A DNA stretch of 16,126 bases from Clostridium sp. CAG:793 (lineage in GTDB: Bacteria > Bacillota > Clostridia > TANB77 > CAG-508). Shown here piece by piece: positions 6,727 through 14,933 of this stretch. Each line of letters starts with the position of its first letter. The stretch's first letter is position 1. Both the position numbers and the translations under genes were made by a program. The notes below the pieces were generated by a model. The model searched no databases and was not told the origin of the DNA. It saw nothing but the letters and a program-made list of their open reading frames with translations. The stretch covers positions 1-16,126 of the forward strand of contig HF993645.1 of NCBI GenBank assembly GCA_000433915.1. Direction: 5' to 3'.

Positions 6727-9222
6727 ATGGACAAGAAAGAAGAACCAGAGTTCAAAGAAGGAAAGATAATTAATAGAGACATTGAAGAAGAAATGAAAAC
6801 TGCCTATATTGATTATGCGATGAGCGTAATTGTTCAACGTGCTCTTCCAGATGTAAGAGATGGTTTGAAACCAGTACATAGAAGAATTTTATATACAATG
6901 TATGAAGATGGATTAACTACTGAAAAGCCATACAGAAAATCAGCTACAACAGTAGGAGATGTTTTAGGTAGATATCATCCACATGGAGATTCATCTGTTT
7001 ATGATGCAATGGTTAGACTAGCACAAGATTTCTCACTTAGATATCCTTTAATTGATGGACATGGAAATTTTGGATCAATTGATGGAGATGGAGCAGCTGC
7101 ATACCGTTATACAGAAGCAAGAATGTCAAAAATAGCAGAAACAATGCTAACAGACATAGAAAAAAATACTGTAGACTTTATGCCAAACTTTGATGGTATA
7201 AGACAGGAACCAACTGTTTTACCAGCTAAATTACCAGCTTTGTTAGTAAATGGATCATCAGGAATAGCAGTAGGAATGGCAACAAATGTTCCACCACATA
7301 ATTTAACAGAAATATTAAATGCTGTTATTAGAATGGTTGAGCTAAAAGAAAAATCAGAAGAAATAACTGACGAAGAATTATTGAAAATAGTAAAAGGTCC
7401 AGATTTTCCAACAGGAGCAACAATTTTAGGAAGAGAAGGAATAAAACAAGCATATTTAACAGGAAGAGGAAAAATATTATTAAGAGCTGAAGCTGAAATT
7501 GAAGAAATGTCAGGAAATAGACAAAGAATAGTAGTATCTTCACTTCCTTATCAAGTTAATAAAGCAAAATTAATAGTAGACATAAATCAATTAGTAAGAG
7601 ACAAGAGAATAGAAGGTATATCAGAAGTTAGAGACGAATCTGATAGAGAAGAAAAAGTAAGAGTTGTTATAGAATTAAAGAGAGATGTAAATGCTAAAGT
7701 AATATTAAACCAATTATACAAAAACACTCAATTACAAGATTCTTTTGGAATAATAATGCTTGCTTTAGTTGATGGTGTTCCAAGAATCCTTACATTAAGA
7801 CAATGCTTAGATTATTATATAGAACATAGAAAAAATGTAATAGTACGTAGAACTAAATTTGACTTAGATAAAGCACTTGCAAGAGCTCATATATTAGAGG
7901 GATTAAGAATTGCAATTGATAATATTGATGAAGTAATCAGAATAATTAGAAATTCTTATGATGATCCAAAAGAACAATTAATGAAGAGATTTGGATTAGA
8001 TGATATACAAGCCCAATCAATATTGGATATGAGATTAAAGACTTTATCAGGTTTACAAAGAGAAAAGATAGAAGAAGAATATCAAGCTCTTATGAAACTA
8101 ATAGCTCATTTAAGAGAAATATTGGCAAACGATAATTTAGTTGATGACATTGTAAAAGAAGAATCTCTAGAAATGAAAGAAAAATATGGAGATGAAAGAA
8201 AAACTAAGATTGTTGCTGCAGCAGATGAATTTGAAGATGAGGATTTAATTGCAGAAGAACAATCAATTATAGCATTAACTAGATTTGGATATATTAAAAG
8301 AATGCCATTAGACACATATAAAAGCCAGAAACGTGGAGGAAAAGGAATTACAGGAATTACAACAAGAGAAGATGATTTTGTAAAACAAATATTTACAGCA
8401 TCAACACATGATATAATTCTATTCTTTAGCAATAAAGGTAAGCTATATAAACTAAGAGGATTTGAAGTTCCAGAAGCAGGAAGAACTGCAAAGGGAACAG
8501 CAATAGTTAACTTGCTATCATTAGATGGTGGAGAAAAAATTACAGCAGTAATTCCAATTAAAGAATTTTCAGAAAATCAATTTTTATTAATGGGTACAAA
8601 AAATGGATTAATTAAAAAGACACCTTTAAAAGAATATGATTCTGGAAAGAAAACGGGGTTAATGTCAATTAACTTAAAAGAAGACGATGAATTAATTGAT
8701 GTAAGACTAACAGAAGGTGAAAATAACATTGTAATGGTAACAAGAAAAGGCCTATGTATTACATTTAATGAAAAAGATGTTCGCCCAATAGGAAGAACAT
8801 CACAAGGTGTTCTTGGAATAAGAATAGATAAAGACGATAGTGTTATCGGAATGGAAACAATTAATGCTAATAGCAAAGGAACATTACTTGCAATAACAGA
8901 AAACGGATTTGGAAAAAGAACTGAATTAGACGAATACCGTGTACAAGCAAGAGGTGGAAGAGGAGTAGTTACATACAAAATCACATCTAAGACCGGAGAA
9001 ATTGTAGGAATAAGAATTACTGGAGAAGACGACGATATATTAATGATTACAGATACAGGAACAGTAATAAGAATAAAAGCTTCGGAAATAAGTGTACTAG
9101 GAAGAAATACTCAAGGAATAACATTAATGAGAACGAGCGATGGAGGAAAAGTAGTTAGCATTGAAAAAGTAAACGATAATGACACAGAAGAAATAGAAAA
9201 AGAAGACGAAAAAAATAAATAA
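6727..9222 (+). CDS. gyrA: DNA gyrase subunit A
   Basis: 831 aa. Contains [35 protein letters not shown] (Ser and Asp at the positions equivalent to E. coli S83/D87, i.e. wild-type-like), catalytic-Tyr context [11 protein letters not shown], GyrA box QKRGGKG (argues gyrase rather than ParC) and an acidic C-terminal tail. Confidence 0.97.
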   Translation: MDKKEEPEFKEGKIINRDIEEEMKTAYIDYAMSVIVQRALPDVRDGLKPVHRRILYTMYEDGLTTEKPYRKSATTVGDVLGRYHPHGDSSVYDAMVRLAQDFSLRYPLIDGHGNFGSIDGDGAAAYRYTEARMSKIAETMLTDIEKNTVDFMPNFDGIRQEPTVLPAKLPALLVNGSSGIAVGMATNVPPHNLTEILNAVIRMVELKEKSEEITDEELLKIVKGPDFPTGATILGREGIKQAYLTGRGKILLRAEAEIEEMSGNRQRIVVSSLPYQVNKAKLIVDINQLVRDKRIEGISEVRDESDREEKVRVVIELKRDVNAKVILNQLYKNTQLQDSFGIIMLALVDGVPRILTLRQCLDYYIEHRKNVIVRRTKFDLDKALARAHILEGLRIAIDNIDEVIRIIRNSYDDPKEQLMKRFGLDDIQAQSILDMRLKTLSGLQREKIEEEYQALMKLIAHLREILANDNLVDDIVKEESLEMKEKYGDERKTKIVAAADEFEDEDLIAEEQSIIALTRFGYIKRMPLDTYKSQKRGGKGITGITTREDDFVKQIFTASTHDIILFFSNKGKLYKLRGFEVPEAGRTAKGTAIVNLLSLDGGEKITAVIPIKEFSENQFLLMGTKNGLIKKTPLKEYDSGKKTGLMSINLKEDDELIDVRLTEGENNIVMVTRKGLCITFNEKDVRPIGRTSQGVLGIRIDKDDSVIGMETINANSKGTLLAITENGFGKRTELDEYRVQARGGRGVVTYKITSKTGEIVGIRITGEDDDILMITDTGTVIRIKASEISVLGRNTQGITLMRTSDGGKVVSIEKVNDNDTEEIEKEDEKNK

Positions 9223-9225
9223 AAT

Positions 9226-9272
9226 AAAAAACTTATACACATAATGTAAACAAAATGTGTATAAGTTTTTTT
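9226..9272. terminator. Bidirectional rho-independent terminator between convergent gyrA and the dnaC/dnaI-like gene
   Basis: 12-bp perfect stem ACTTATACACAT (9231-9242) / ATGTGTATAAGT (9255-9266) with a 12-nt loop. An A-run lies 5' and a T7 run 3', so it can terminate from either direction. Confidence 0.75.
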
Positions 9273-9284
9273 AATTTCATCAAT

Positions 9285-10289
9285 TTAAACTTTTAATTTT
9301 TTCTTAATACGAATATCATCTCCGAAAAAATAACAAGCATTATAATTACCAATGATTCTAGAAACTATTCTTTCTTCATAAGTATTATATAAATCTTGCA
9401 AAGATAAATTCGTAGAAATAATAGTCTTAGTTATTTTATTATTTTGATTCAATAAACGAGTATTGATAATATTAAACAATTCAGTAATTTTTAAATTGTT
9501 TTTAGATTCAGTTCCTAAATCATCTATAATTAATAAATCAACAGAATTAATTGAACTTATAATATTATTACTACTTTTTCCAAATTTATAATCAATTATA
9601 TTATCTAGCATCATAGGAGCAGTTTGATATAATACAGTCTTTCCACGCTTTATCATCTCATTAGCAATGCATGAAGAAAGAAAAGTTTTACCTAAACCAG
9701 GACTGCCACAAAATAATAAATTGCTTTCATCAGGATCATCAAAATGATCGATAAAATGCTGACAAATCTTCTTTATAGATATAATATTATCTCTAGGAGA
9801 TATATTTTTACCATATTTATATTCATCAACTAAATCAGAATAAAAACTTAGTCTGAAATTATCAAAATTTTGATTTTGCAAATCATAAATATTTGAATGA
9901 TTATATTCAATATTATATAACTTTTGCTTTATACAATTACAAAGAACATTATTATTATTTTGCTTAACAAATCCAGTATCTTTACAAATTGGACAATCGA
10001 ATTTAGGCAAGAAATCATCTTGAGAAAGATTATGCTTTTTTAAAATATCCAATTTTTGAGACTTTAAACATGCAATTTGCTTATTTAAATTGTCAATTAA
10101 AGATTTATCACGAGTAGTTAAAATTAATTTAATAGCTTTAATTGATAAAGAATTTATATCATTTTCAACTTTTTCTAATTCCGGAATAGAAGAAATAATC
10201 TTCTCTTTTTTTAAATTTGCATCGGCAATTTTTGAATTTCTCTTTCTTTCATAATTGGCTAACAAAGACTTTAAATTATCATTATTCAT
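9285..10289 (-). CDS. DnaC/DnaI-like replicative helicase loader (AAA+, IstB-like ATP-binding)
   Basis: 334 aa. Cys cluster CPICKDTGF...CNC (zinc-binding N-domain as in DnaI), Walker A CGSPGLGKTF, Walker B LLIIDDLGTE, sensor-like TIISTN. SD GAGGTGAT sits before the ATG. Confidence 0.85.
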   Translation of the reverse strand: MNNDNLKSLLANYERKRNSKIADANLKKEKIISSIPELEKVENDINSLSIKAIKLILTTRDKSLIDNLNKQIACLKSQKLDILKKHNLSQDDFLPKFDCPICKDTGFVKQNNNNVLCNCIKQKLYNIEYNHSNIYDLQNQNFDNFRLSFYSDLVDEYKYGKNISPRDNIISIKKICQHFIDHFDDPDESNLLFCGSPGLGKTFLSSCIANEMIKRGKTVLYQTAPMMLDNIIDYKFGKSSNNIISSINSVDLLIIDDLGTESKNNLKITELFNIINTRLLNQNNKITKTIISTNLSLQDLYNTYEERIVSRIIGNYNACYFFGDDIRIKKKLKV

Positions 10290-10317
10290 AACATCACCTC
10301 GCTTTCATAAAAAGACA

Positions 10318-11289
10318 TTAAATATTACTGTAAAAACTATTTAAATTATTATAATTTCTTTGAGGATAATTTGCAGAAGCATTGCCAGAGTTAGTAGAAC
10401 TACTAGAATTCTTTTGAACTGGAATATTTTTCTGCTTTTCAATATATTCTAATACTTGAGAAGAAGTCTTTAAACCTCTTTCGTGCCAATCAGAAATTAA
10501 CTTATCAAGGTATTCAAAACTAGGATTAAACTTAGAAGTAGTCTTTTTCAAAGCAATATCAATAATATCTAAACCATATCCGTAAGTCAAATTCCATTTT
10601 TCAATATATGCTTCTTCATAAACAGATAAATTACGAGCAATACGCATCTTCTTTCTAATAGAATTACCAATAGACTTTAATTTTTCTTCTTTCTGATAAT
10701 ATAAATCTAAGTCACTAAAAGTTTTAATTTTATTTTTATTCCAAGCCTCAGCGACAGTTGAAATATAAGATCTATGTAAAGCTGATTTATTAAAACAATA
10801 TCTAAATAGTGCAATCATAACCTCTTCGTCAAAACCATATTTCTTGAACCATAAATCAATATCGCCATACCAAGATGGAGACATAACGCCTTGAAAGAAT
10901 TCATTATTAATTGTATCAATAGCTTTAGCTCTGTACTTGTTTTCAGCTACTTTCTTAACGTCTTGAGCAGACATAGAAATTCTAGGCTTATAAACCTTAT
11001 TCAATTCTATTTCTTGTAAATTAGCAACAATAAAGCCTTGATTTTTACGAATCAAAAGACCTGCTTCTTCCCAATACTTAACTGCATCTTGAATTATTTT
11101 AAGAGGCAATTCCAATTTTTTAGATAAATCATTTATCTTCACATCTTTATTATATTTAGACAAAAAATAAAGATATAAATAAACTTTTACAAAGTCACCA
11201 CTAGCCTGTGAAAGATACTCTGTAAAAAAAACATCTGGAATACTAGTCTGTGAAAAAATTAAAGATACATCATTTTGCTCTAGTTTCAT
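10318..11289 (-). CDS. DnaD-domain replication initiation protein (DnaB/DnaD-like, two DnaD-type repeats)
   Basis: 323 aa with an N-terminal winged-helix-like region and two DnaD-like C-terminal repeats (WFKKYGFDEEVMIALFRYC...YISTVAEAWNKNKIKT and YGYGLDIIDIALKKT...YLDKLISDWHERGLKT). TAGGAGGTAATT SD and ATG. Immediately upstream of the loader gene, like the dnaB-dnaI arrangement. Confidence 0.8.
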   Translation of the reverse strand: MKLEQNDVSLIFSQTSIPDVFFTEYLSQASGDFVKVYLYLYFLSKYNKDVKINDLSKKLELPLKIIQDAVKYWEEAGLLIRKNQGFIVANLQEIELNKVYKPRISMSAQDVKKVAENKYRAKAIDTINNEFFQGVMSPSWYGDIDLWFKKYGFDEEVMIALFRYCFNKSALHRSYISTVAEAWNKNKIKTFSDLDLYYQKEEKLKSIGNSIRKKMRIARNLSVYEEAYIEKWNLTYGYGLDIIDIALKKTTSKFNPSFEYLDKLISDWHERGLKTSSQVLEYIEKQKNIPVQKNSSSSTNSGNASANYPQRNYNNLNSFYSNI

Positions 11290-11310
11290 AATTACCTCCT
11301 AACAAAGCGA

Positions 11311-11339
11311 ATTATATCATTGTTTATACTTTTTTACAA
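11311..11339 (-). promoter_or_regulatory. Candidate extended -10 promoter for the dnaD/dnaI-like pair (TTGTAA-N17-TGaTATAAT)
   Basis: Minus strand reads TTGTAA (11339-11334), 17-nt spacer ending in TGA, then TATAAT (11316-11311). It lies in the 92-nt gap between the PrgI-like gene and the DnaD-like gene. Confidence 0.55.
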
Positions 11340-11381
11340 CTATTAAAAAGATAAAAAATGATGGTAATAGATAACATACAG

Positions 11382-11660
11382 TTAAAAATAAAGATATATT
11401 TTAGGCTTAATTAAAAACTTTAAAATATAAAAAAGCGAATATAGAATATTTTCATGATTAAAACCAACAATACTAAAAAGAAAAATTGGAAAATAAAAAA
11501 CAATAATAAAAATAATTCTAATATTTATACTAGAGAAAAGTAAATAATTAATACCAAAAATAATTAAAAAATATATAACATTAAAAATTGCAGTAGGATA
11601 ATCTATAATACCAAGCAATTTATTCTTAAAAGAATAATTAGAAGGAAAAATAAAATTCAA
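11382..11660 (-). CDS. PrgI/VirB3-like small T4SS membrane protein
   Basis: 92 aa with two hydrophobic helices. The C-terminal FNHENILYSLFYILKFLIKPKIYLY resembles the PrgI-family tail. TTG start 6 nt after a GAGGTG SD that overlaps the upstream stop codon. Confidence 0.55.
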   Translation of the reverse strand: MNFIFPSNYSFKNKLLGIIDYPTAIFNVIYFLIIFGINYLLFSSINIRIIFIIVFYFPIFLFSIVGFNHENILYSLFYILKFLIKPKIYLYF

Positions 11661-11672
11661 AAAATCACCTCA

Positions 11673-12536
11673 CTATTTCTTAAAAAACGAAAGAACATTA
11701 CCAAATTGATTAGAAACATCTATTCCAACACCACCAAACAACTCTCGAACATAACTATTAATTTTAGTCAAAGCATAAATTCCTCCAATAAACAAAATTT
11801 TATTCGAAAAATCAATTGAGAAAATAACTATTAAAACAATAGGAATAAAACATTGAATTATCAATAAAGAAAACATACACTTAAACCATGATCTAAAAAT
11901 CCAAGAAGTAGAAGAAACAATAAGACTTAGAAGAGCAAAAGGTGTAAACAATAAAAATACTTGTAAAATAATGTATCTTAAAGAATATGAAAAAAGTAAA
12001 TTCATTAAGCCAACACTTACAAAACTCTTGATTATTCCAGAGATAGAAAACAGATCAAAGGAAGATTCACCAACAGAAACAGTACGGTTAAGCTGAGTAA
12101 TCAATTCAGAAAAAGAAATATCAATTCCTAAAATATTCTTACCAATTTCCTGAATAGAAGAAGAGAACAATAAGTTAATATTAAGAACTTGCTCGCATAA
12201 AAAATATGAAAAATTAACTAAAAAAGTAAAAATAATAAGCTTAAAAATAAACTGGCTAGGTTTTTCAATATTAGTTTCAACATAATTAGCATAAAAAAAT
12301 TTAACACAATAAAACATAGAAATAGCAACAAGCATTGCATCAGCCAAATAAATAAGTCCATATTTTCCATTAGCACCAAGCAATTTTTCAAAAGAAGAAT
12401 TTTTAATAATATCTGGCCCAATAAAAATAACACTATCAAGACTAGAATACATACTATTATCAATTGAGGAAATAATATTACCTAATATAGTATTTATAGT
12501 ATCAATAATTATATTAACAATTTCACCTTTTTCCAC
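11673..12536 (-). CDS. VirB6/TrbL-like polytopic T4SS membrane protein
   Basis: 287 aa with about 5-6 predicted TM helices and a soluble N-terminal stretch. GTG start 5 nt after a GGAGA SD. Flanked by the pilin-like and VirB3-like genes. Confidence 0.55.
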   Translation of the reverse strand: MEKGEIVNIIIDTINTILGNIISSIDNSMYSSLDSVIFIGPDIIKNSSFEKLLGANGKYGLIYLADAMLVAISMFYCVKFFYANYVETNIEKPSQFIFKLIIFTFLVNFSYFLCEQVLNINLLFSSSIQEIGKNILGIDISFSELITQLNRTVSVGESSFDLFSISGIIKSFVSVGLMNLLFSYSLRYIILQVFLLFTPFALLSLIVSSTSWIFRSWFKCMFSLLIIQCFIPIVLIVIFSIDFSNKILFIGGIYALTKINSYVRELFGGVGIDVSNQFGNVLSFFKK

Positions 12537-12597
12537 AAAATCTCCATAAATATAAATTTAGATTCTAAAGAAGAACCTATAAGACTTTTATTAAAAT

Positions 12598-12622
12598 CTG
12601 TACACCTGTAATAGGTGTACAG
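12598..12622 (-). terminator. Intra-operon hairpin (attenuator or stabiliser) immediately after the pilin-like gene
   Basis: Perfect 10-bp stem CTGTACACCT / AGGTGTACAG with a 5-nt loop. It starts 2 nt after the TAA stop (12627-12625) and is followed on the minus strand by ATTTTAAT. Confidence 0.55.
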
Positions 12623-12624
12623 CA

Positions 12625-12954
12625 TTATATTAAAGACTCAATTGCTGATAGAATTAAATCAAGAGCAAGGAATAAAGCATAGGCAACAAAAGAGCCTCTA
12701 ATAATTTTCTTTGACATACGAATACGCTCTTCATCTCCAAAACTAAATTTTTTCATAAAAAGACCTGCTCCAACAGCAACAGCAGCTGCTGGAGTTGCCA
12801 GCTTTAAAAGCCAACTTTTAATATCCTTAAAAGCAGAAGAAAGTTTAGTAACCAATTTAGGCGTAGCTGCAAAAGAAAATGGCATAAAAATAGAAAATAA
12901 AAAACAAACAATAAAAACAAATACACAAATTTTTATTAGTCGTTTTTTTCTCAA
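12625..12954 (-). CDS. VirB2/TrbC-like pilin-type small membrane protein
   Basis: 109 aa. Basic N-terminus plus hydrophobic signal peptide ending SFA|AT, then two hydrophobic helices (ATPAAAVAVGAGLFM and FVAYALFLALDLILSAI) separated by a charged loop. This is VirB2/TrbC topology. TTG start 6 nt after GGAGG. Confidence 0.55.
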   Translation of the reverse strand: MRKKRLIKICVFVFIVCFLFSIFMPFSFAATPKLVTKLSSAFKDIKSWLLKLATPAAAVAVGAGLFMKKFSFGDEERIRMSKKIIRGSFVAYALFLALDLILSAIESLI

Positions 12955-12968
12955 AATAAACCTCCAAT

Positions 12969-14429
12969 CTATTTAATAAAATAAGGAATCATCTGCAATT
13001 CTGTAGGAGGTAAAATCTTATTACCATCAGATAAAAAAGATAAACAATGAAAAGTAGATAACTCCTGAGTAAAAAAATGATAATCATATTTAAATTCTAA
13101 TTGAGAATAAGAATTTAAACTCTCAGAATAACTTGAATCACTACTAATAAACTTTTTAGAAAGAGGATTATAAGAACTATGCTTAGAATTTTCAGAAAAA
13201 GATCTTGAAAAATGTTCACGTTCTTCTTTGCCAATTTGCTTCTGAATATCTTCAATAGTAAAAATATCATCACTTCTAAACCATAACTTATTAACCAAGC
13301 TCTGAATAATTACTTTAGAAGCATATTGATTATTAAGACTATTAAGTATAGAAGTATAGCTTTGAGTGGCAACAATATTAATACATTTTGCTTCTCTACT
13401 TTGAGAAAAAAATGATGCATCAGATGAAGTAACATATTCTTGATATTCATCAGAAATAAACACAGAAGGTCTAATTAAATTACAGGAATGATTAGACAAC
13501 TGCTCCAAAACATCAGATTGAAAATCTAACTTCAAATATGCTGCAATAATCTTAGATAAATTCTTATACTTTGCAATATTCATATTCAAAATAACGATTT
13601 TTCCAGAATGTAAAGCATCATGAAAACCACAAAAATTTTCATCTTCTTTAGAAGGACAAAAAGTATTTTTAACATCTAAATTAGACACAAAACAATTTGT
13701 GATTCTAGTAATTTCTGACTGAAGTATATGCAAATTTCTATCATCAAGAGAATAAAAATCATTCTCAAGAAAACTAATAGATCTGTATAAATTAAATATA
13801 TCAACATCCGAAAGTTTACGAGAAATAAAATAATCTCGAACAATAGAAAGTTTGGATAAATAATAAGAATGATCAGTAATCAAATTATGCAATTCATCGA
13901 AAGAGACATATCCATCATTATAAATTCTACAAAAACTAATACATGCTTCAATAACTTGTTCAGACTTATCAATCCAAAAAGACTCAGAATTATTAGGCGA
14001 GAACAATAGTAAAATCTCTTTAAGCCTATTAGCCAAGACAGATGGTAAGAGCGAAGGCTTGTCTAAAGGATTGTAGCGATATTTACCATTAATCTCAATA
14101 ACAATTACATCATTTAATCTGTTACAATCATGTGCAAACTCAAGTACTTTAGAATAATAATTTCCTTTAACATCAAGTATTAGAAGAAATAATTTGCTAT
14201 CAAAATCATTATCAAAATAATCAATCAATTGTCTTGTAAAAGGGTACAAAGCAGACGCAGTTTTACCAGATCCAATAGTACCAGTAACAAGAAAATTTTG
14301 ATACAATCCACTTTCTGGAACAAACACAGGATTATCATTCATATCATTTCCAATATATAAGCCGAAAAGTAGGAGCTTTATAAATAAGTAAATTATTCTT
14401 ATTATAGTTAAGAAAATAAGAAAAAACAA
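12969..14429 (-). CDS. T4SS coupling-protein-like ATPase (VirD4/TraG/TraD family)
   Basis: Walker A VTGTIGSGKT, ILDVKGNY, Walker B-like VFISDEYQEY, then SREAKCINIVATQSYTSI (TraG-D_C-like). The 14429 start is a TTG inside the upstream ORF. An alternative ATG at 14342 (MNDNPVF...) lies 1 nt after the upstream TGA and gives about 457 aa. Confidence 0.7.
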   Translation of the reverse strand: MFFLIFLTIIRIIYLFIKLLLFGLYIGNDMNDNPVFVPESGLYQNFLVTGTIGSGKTASALYPFTRQLIDYFDNDFDSKLFLLILDVKGNYYSKVLEFAHDCNRLNDVIVIEINGKYRYNPLDKPSLLPSVLANRLKEILLLFSPNNSESFWIDKSEQVIEACISFCRIYNDGYVSFDELHNLITDHSYYLSKLSIVRDYFISRKLSDVDIFNLYRSISFLENDFYSLDDRNLHILQSEITRITNCFVSNLDVKNTFCPSKEDENFCGFHDALHSGKIVILNMNIAKYKNLSKIIAAYLKLDFQSDVLEQLSNHSCNLIRPSVFISDEYQEYVTSSDASFFSQSREAKCINIVATQSYTSILNSLNNQYASKVIIQSLVNKLWFRSDDIFTIEDIQKQIGKEEREHFSRSFSENSKHSSYNPLSKKFISSDSSYSESLNSYSQLEFKYDYHFFTQELSTFHCLSFLSDGNKILPPTELQMIPYFIK

Positions 14430-14595
14430 ATTTAAGAATTATAAAATTGGCAATAAATGAAAATAATATAAATAAACCTCTTGTGAATAACCATAAAGTA
14501 GGATTAGTAATAAGAAAATTAAAAATTCTAAAATTACTATAATAATTAATAGCCTTAGAAAAAAGTATAGGCTTAAAAAGCAAAATTATTAACAC
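14344..14595 (-). CDS. Small hydrophobic protein, possible detached or frameshifted N-terminal TM domain of the coupling protein
   Basis: 83 aa from GTG 14595, which has no SD. The frame is open up to 14649, with an AGGAGGA SD at 14640-14634. At least one TM helix (LFILFSFIANFIILKFVFSYFL). It overlaps the coupling-protein ORF in another frame. Confidence 0.4.
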   Translation of the reverse strand: MLIILLFKPILFSKAINYYSNFRIFNFLITNPTLWLFTRGLFILFSFIANFIILKFVFSYFLNYNKNNLLIYKAPTFRLIYWK

Positions 14596-14744
14596 CTGGG
14601 TTAAGCACAGTAAAAAAGCAAAAAGAATATTAATCCTCCTTTCTAAATTTTAGTTTTAACTTGGAACCTAAAAGATTATGAAAAATTGATATTTGTAAAA
14701 AACTATAAAAAGAATAAATACAAATAAGAAAATTAATAATAAAA

Positions 14745-14773
14745 ATTATAAAAAATAAATCAAGTAAAGTCAA
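14745..14773 (-). promoter_or_regulatory. Candidate sigma-A promoter of the minus-strand T4SS operon (TTGACT-N17-TATAAT)
   Basis: Minus strand reads TTGACT (14773-14768), 17-nt spacer, TATAAT (14750-14745). It lies about 100 nt upstream of the AGGAGGA SD at 14640-14634. Confidence 0.55.
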
Positions 14774-14825
14774 AATATGACATCACTCCTTCCAACACTT
14801 GGCATTATACAATATAATTTTAAAT

Positions 14826-14854
14826 TTGTCTATACTTTTTTGAAAAAATATGAT
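14826..14854 (+). promoter_or_regulatory. Candidate promoter of the DUF1858 gene (TTGTCT-N17-TATGAT)
   Basis: TTGTCT at 14826-14831, 17-nt spacer, TATGAT at 14849-14854. An alternative TTGAAA-N16-TATAGA lies nearby, so the assignment is ambiguous in this AT-rich spacer. Confidence 0.3.
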
Positions 14855-14933
14855 AAAATAATATAGATATGACAAAAAAGGACAAGAAGATACAAAAAGT
14901 GACATATGCACTTCTTGGGAAAGGAAAAGAAAA

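Noticed and set aside
7328-8984. Antisense ORFs inside gyrA (7328-7543, 8106-8432, 8577-8984). The same applies to 2401-2610, 2872-3054, 4501-4776, 5013-5198, 5772-5966, 6166-6390, 6670-6879, 12218-12463, 15265-15567 and 15728-15916.
   Set aside because: All are embedded in, or overlap, better-supported genes on the opposite strand or in another frame. They have hydrophobic low-complexity translations and no motifs.
9233-9264. Two inverted sequences matching the relaxed DnaA-box consensus TTATNCACA (TTATACACA at 9233-9241, TGTGTATAA at 9256-9264) next to replication genes.
   Set aside because: They are simply the two arms of the gyrA/dnaI bidirectional terminator hairpin. There are no further boxes and no adjacent AT-rich unwinding element arrangement, and the genes converge here rather than diverge.
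14630-14773. 47-codon hydrophobic minus-strand ORF (TTG 14773 to TAA 14632-14630) upstream of the T4SS operon.
   Set aside because: Its TTG is the first three bases of the predicted -35 hexamer TTGACT, so it would lie upstream of the transcript start. T-rich sequence readily yields such ORFs by chance.
14897-14913. AAGTG-N7-CACTT inverted repeat between the candidate promoter and SD of the DUF1858 gene, as a possible operator.
   Set aside because: It has only 5-bp arms with a non-palindromic centre. That is too weak to separate from chance without comparative data.
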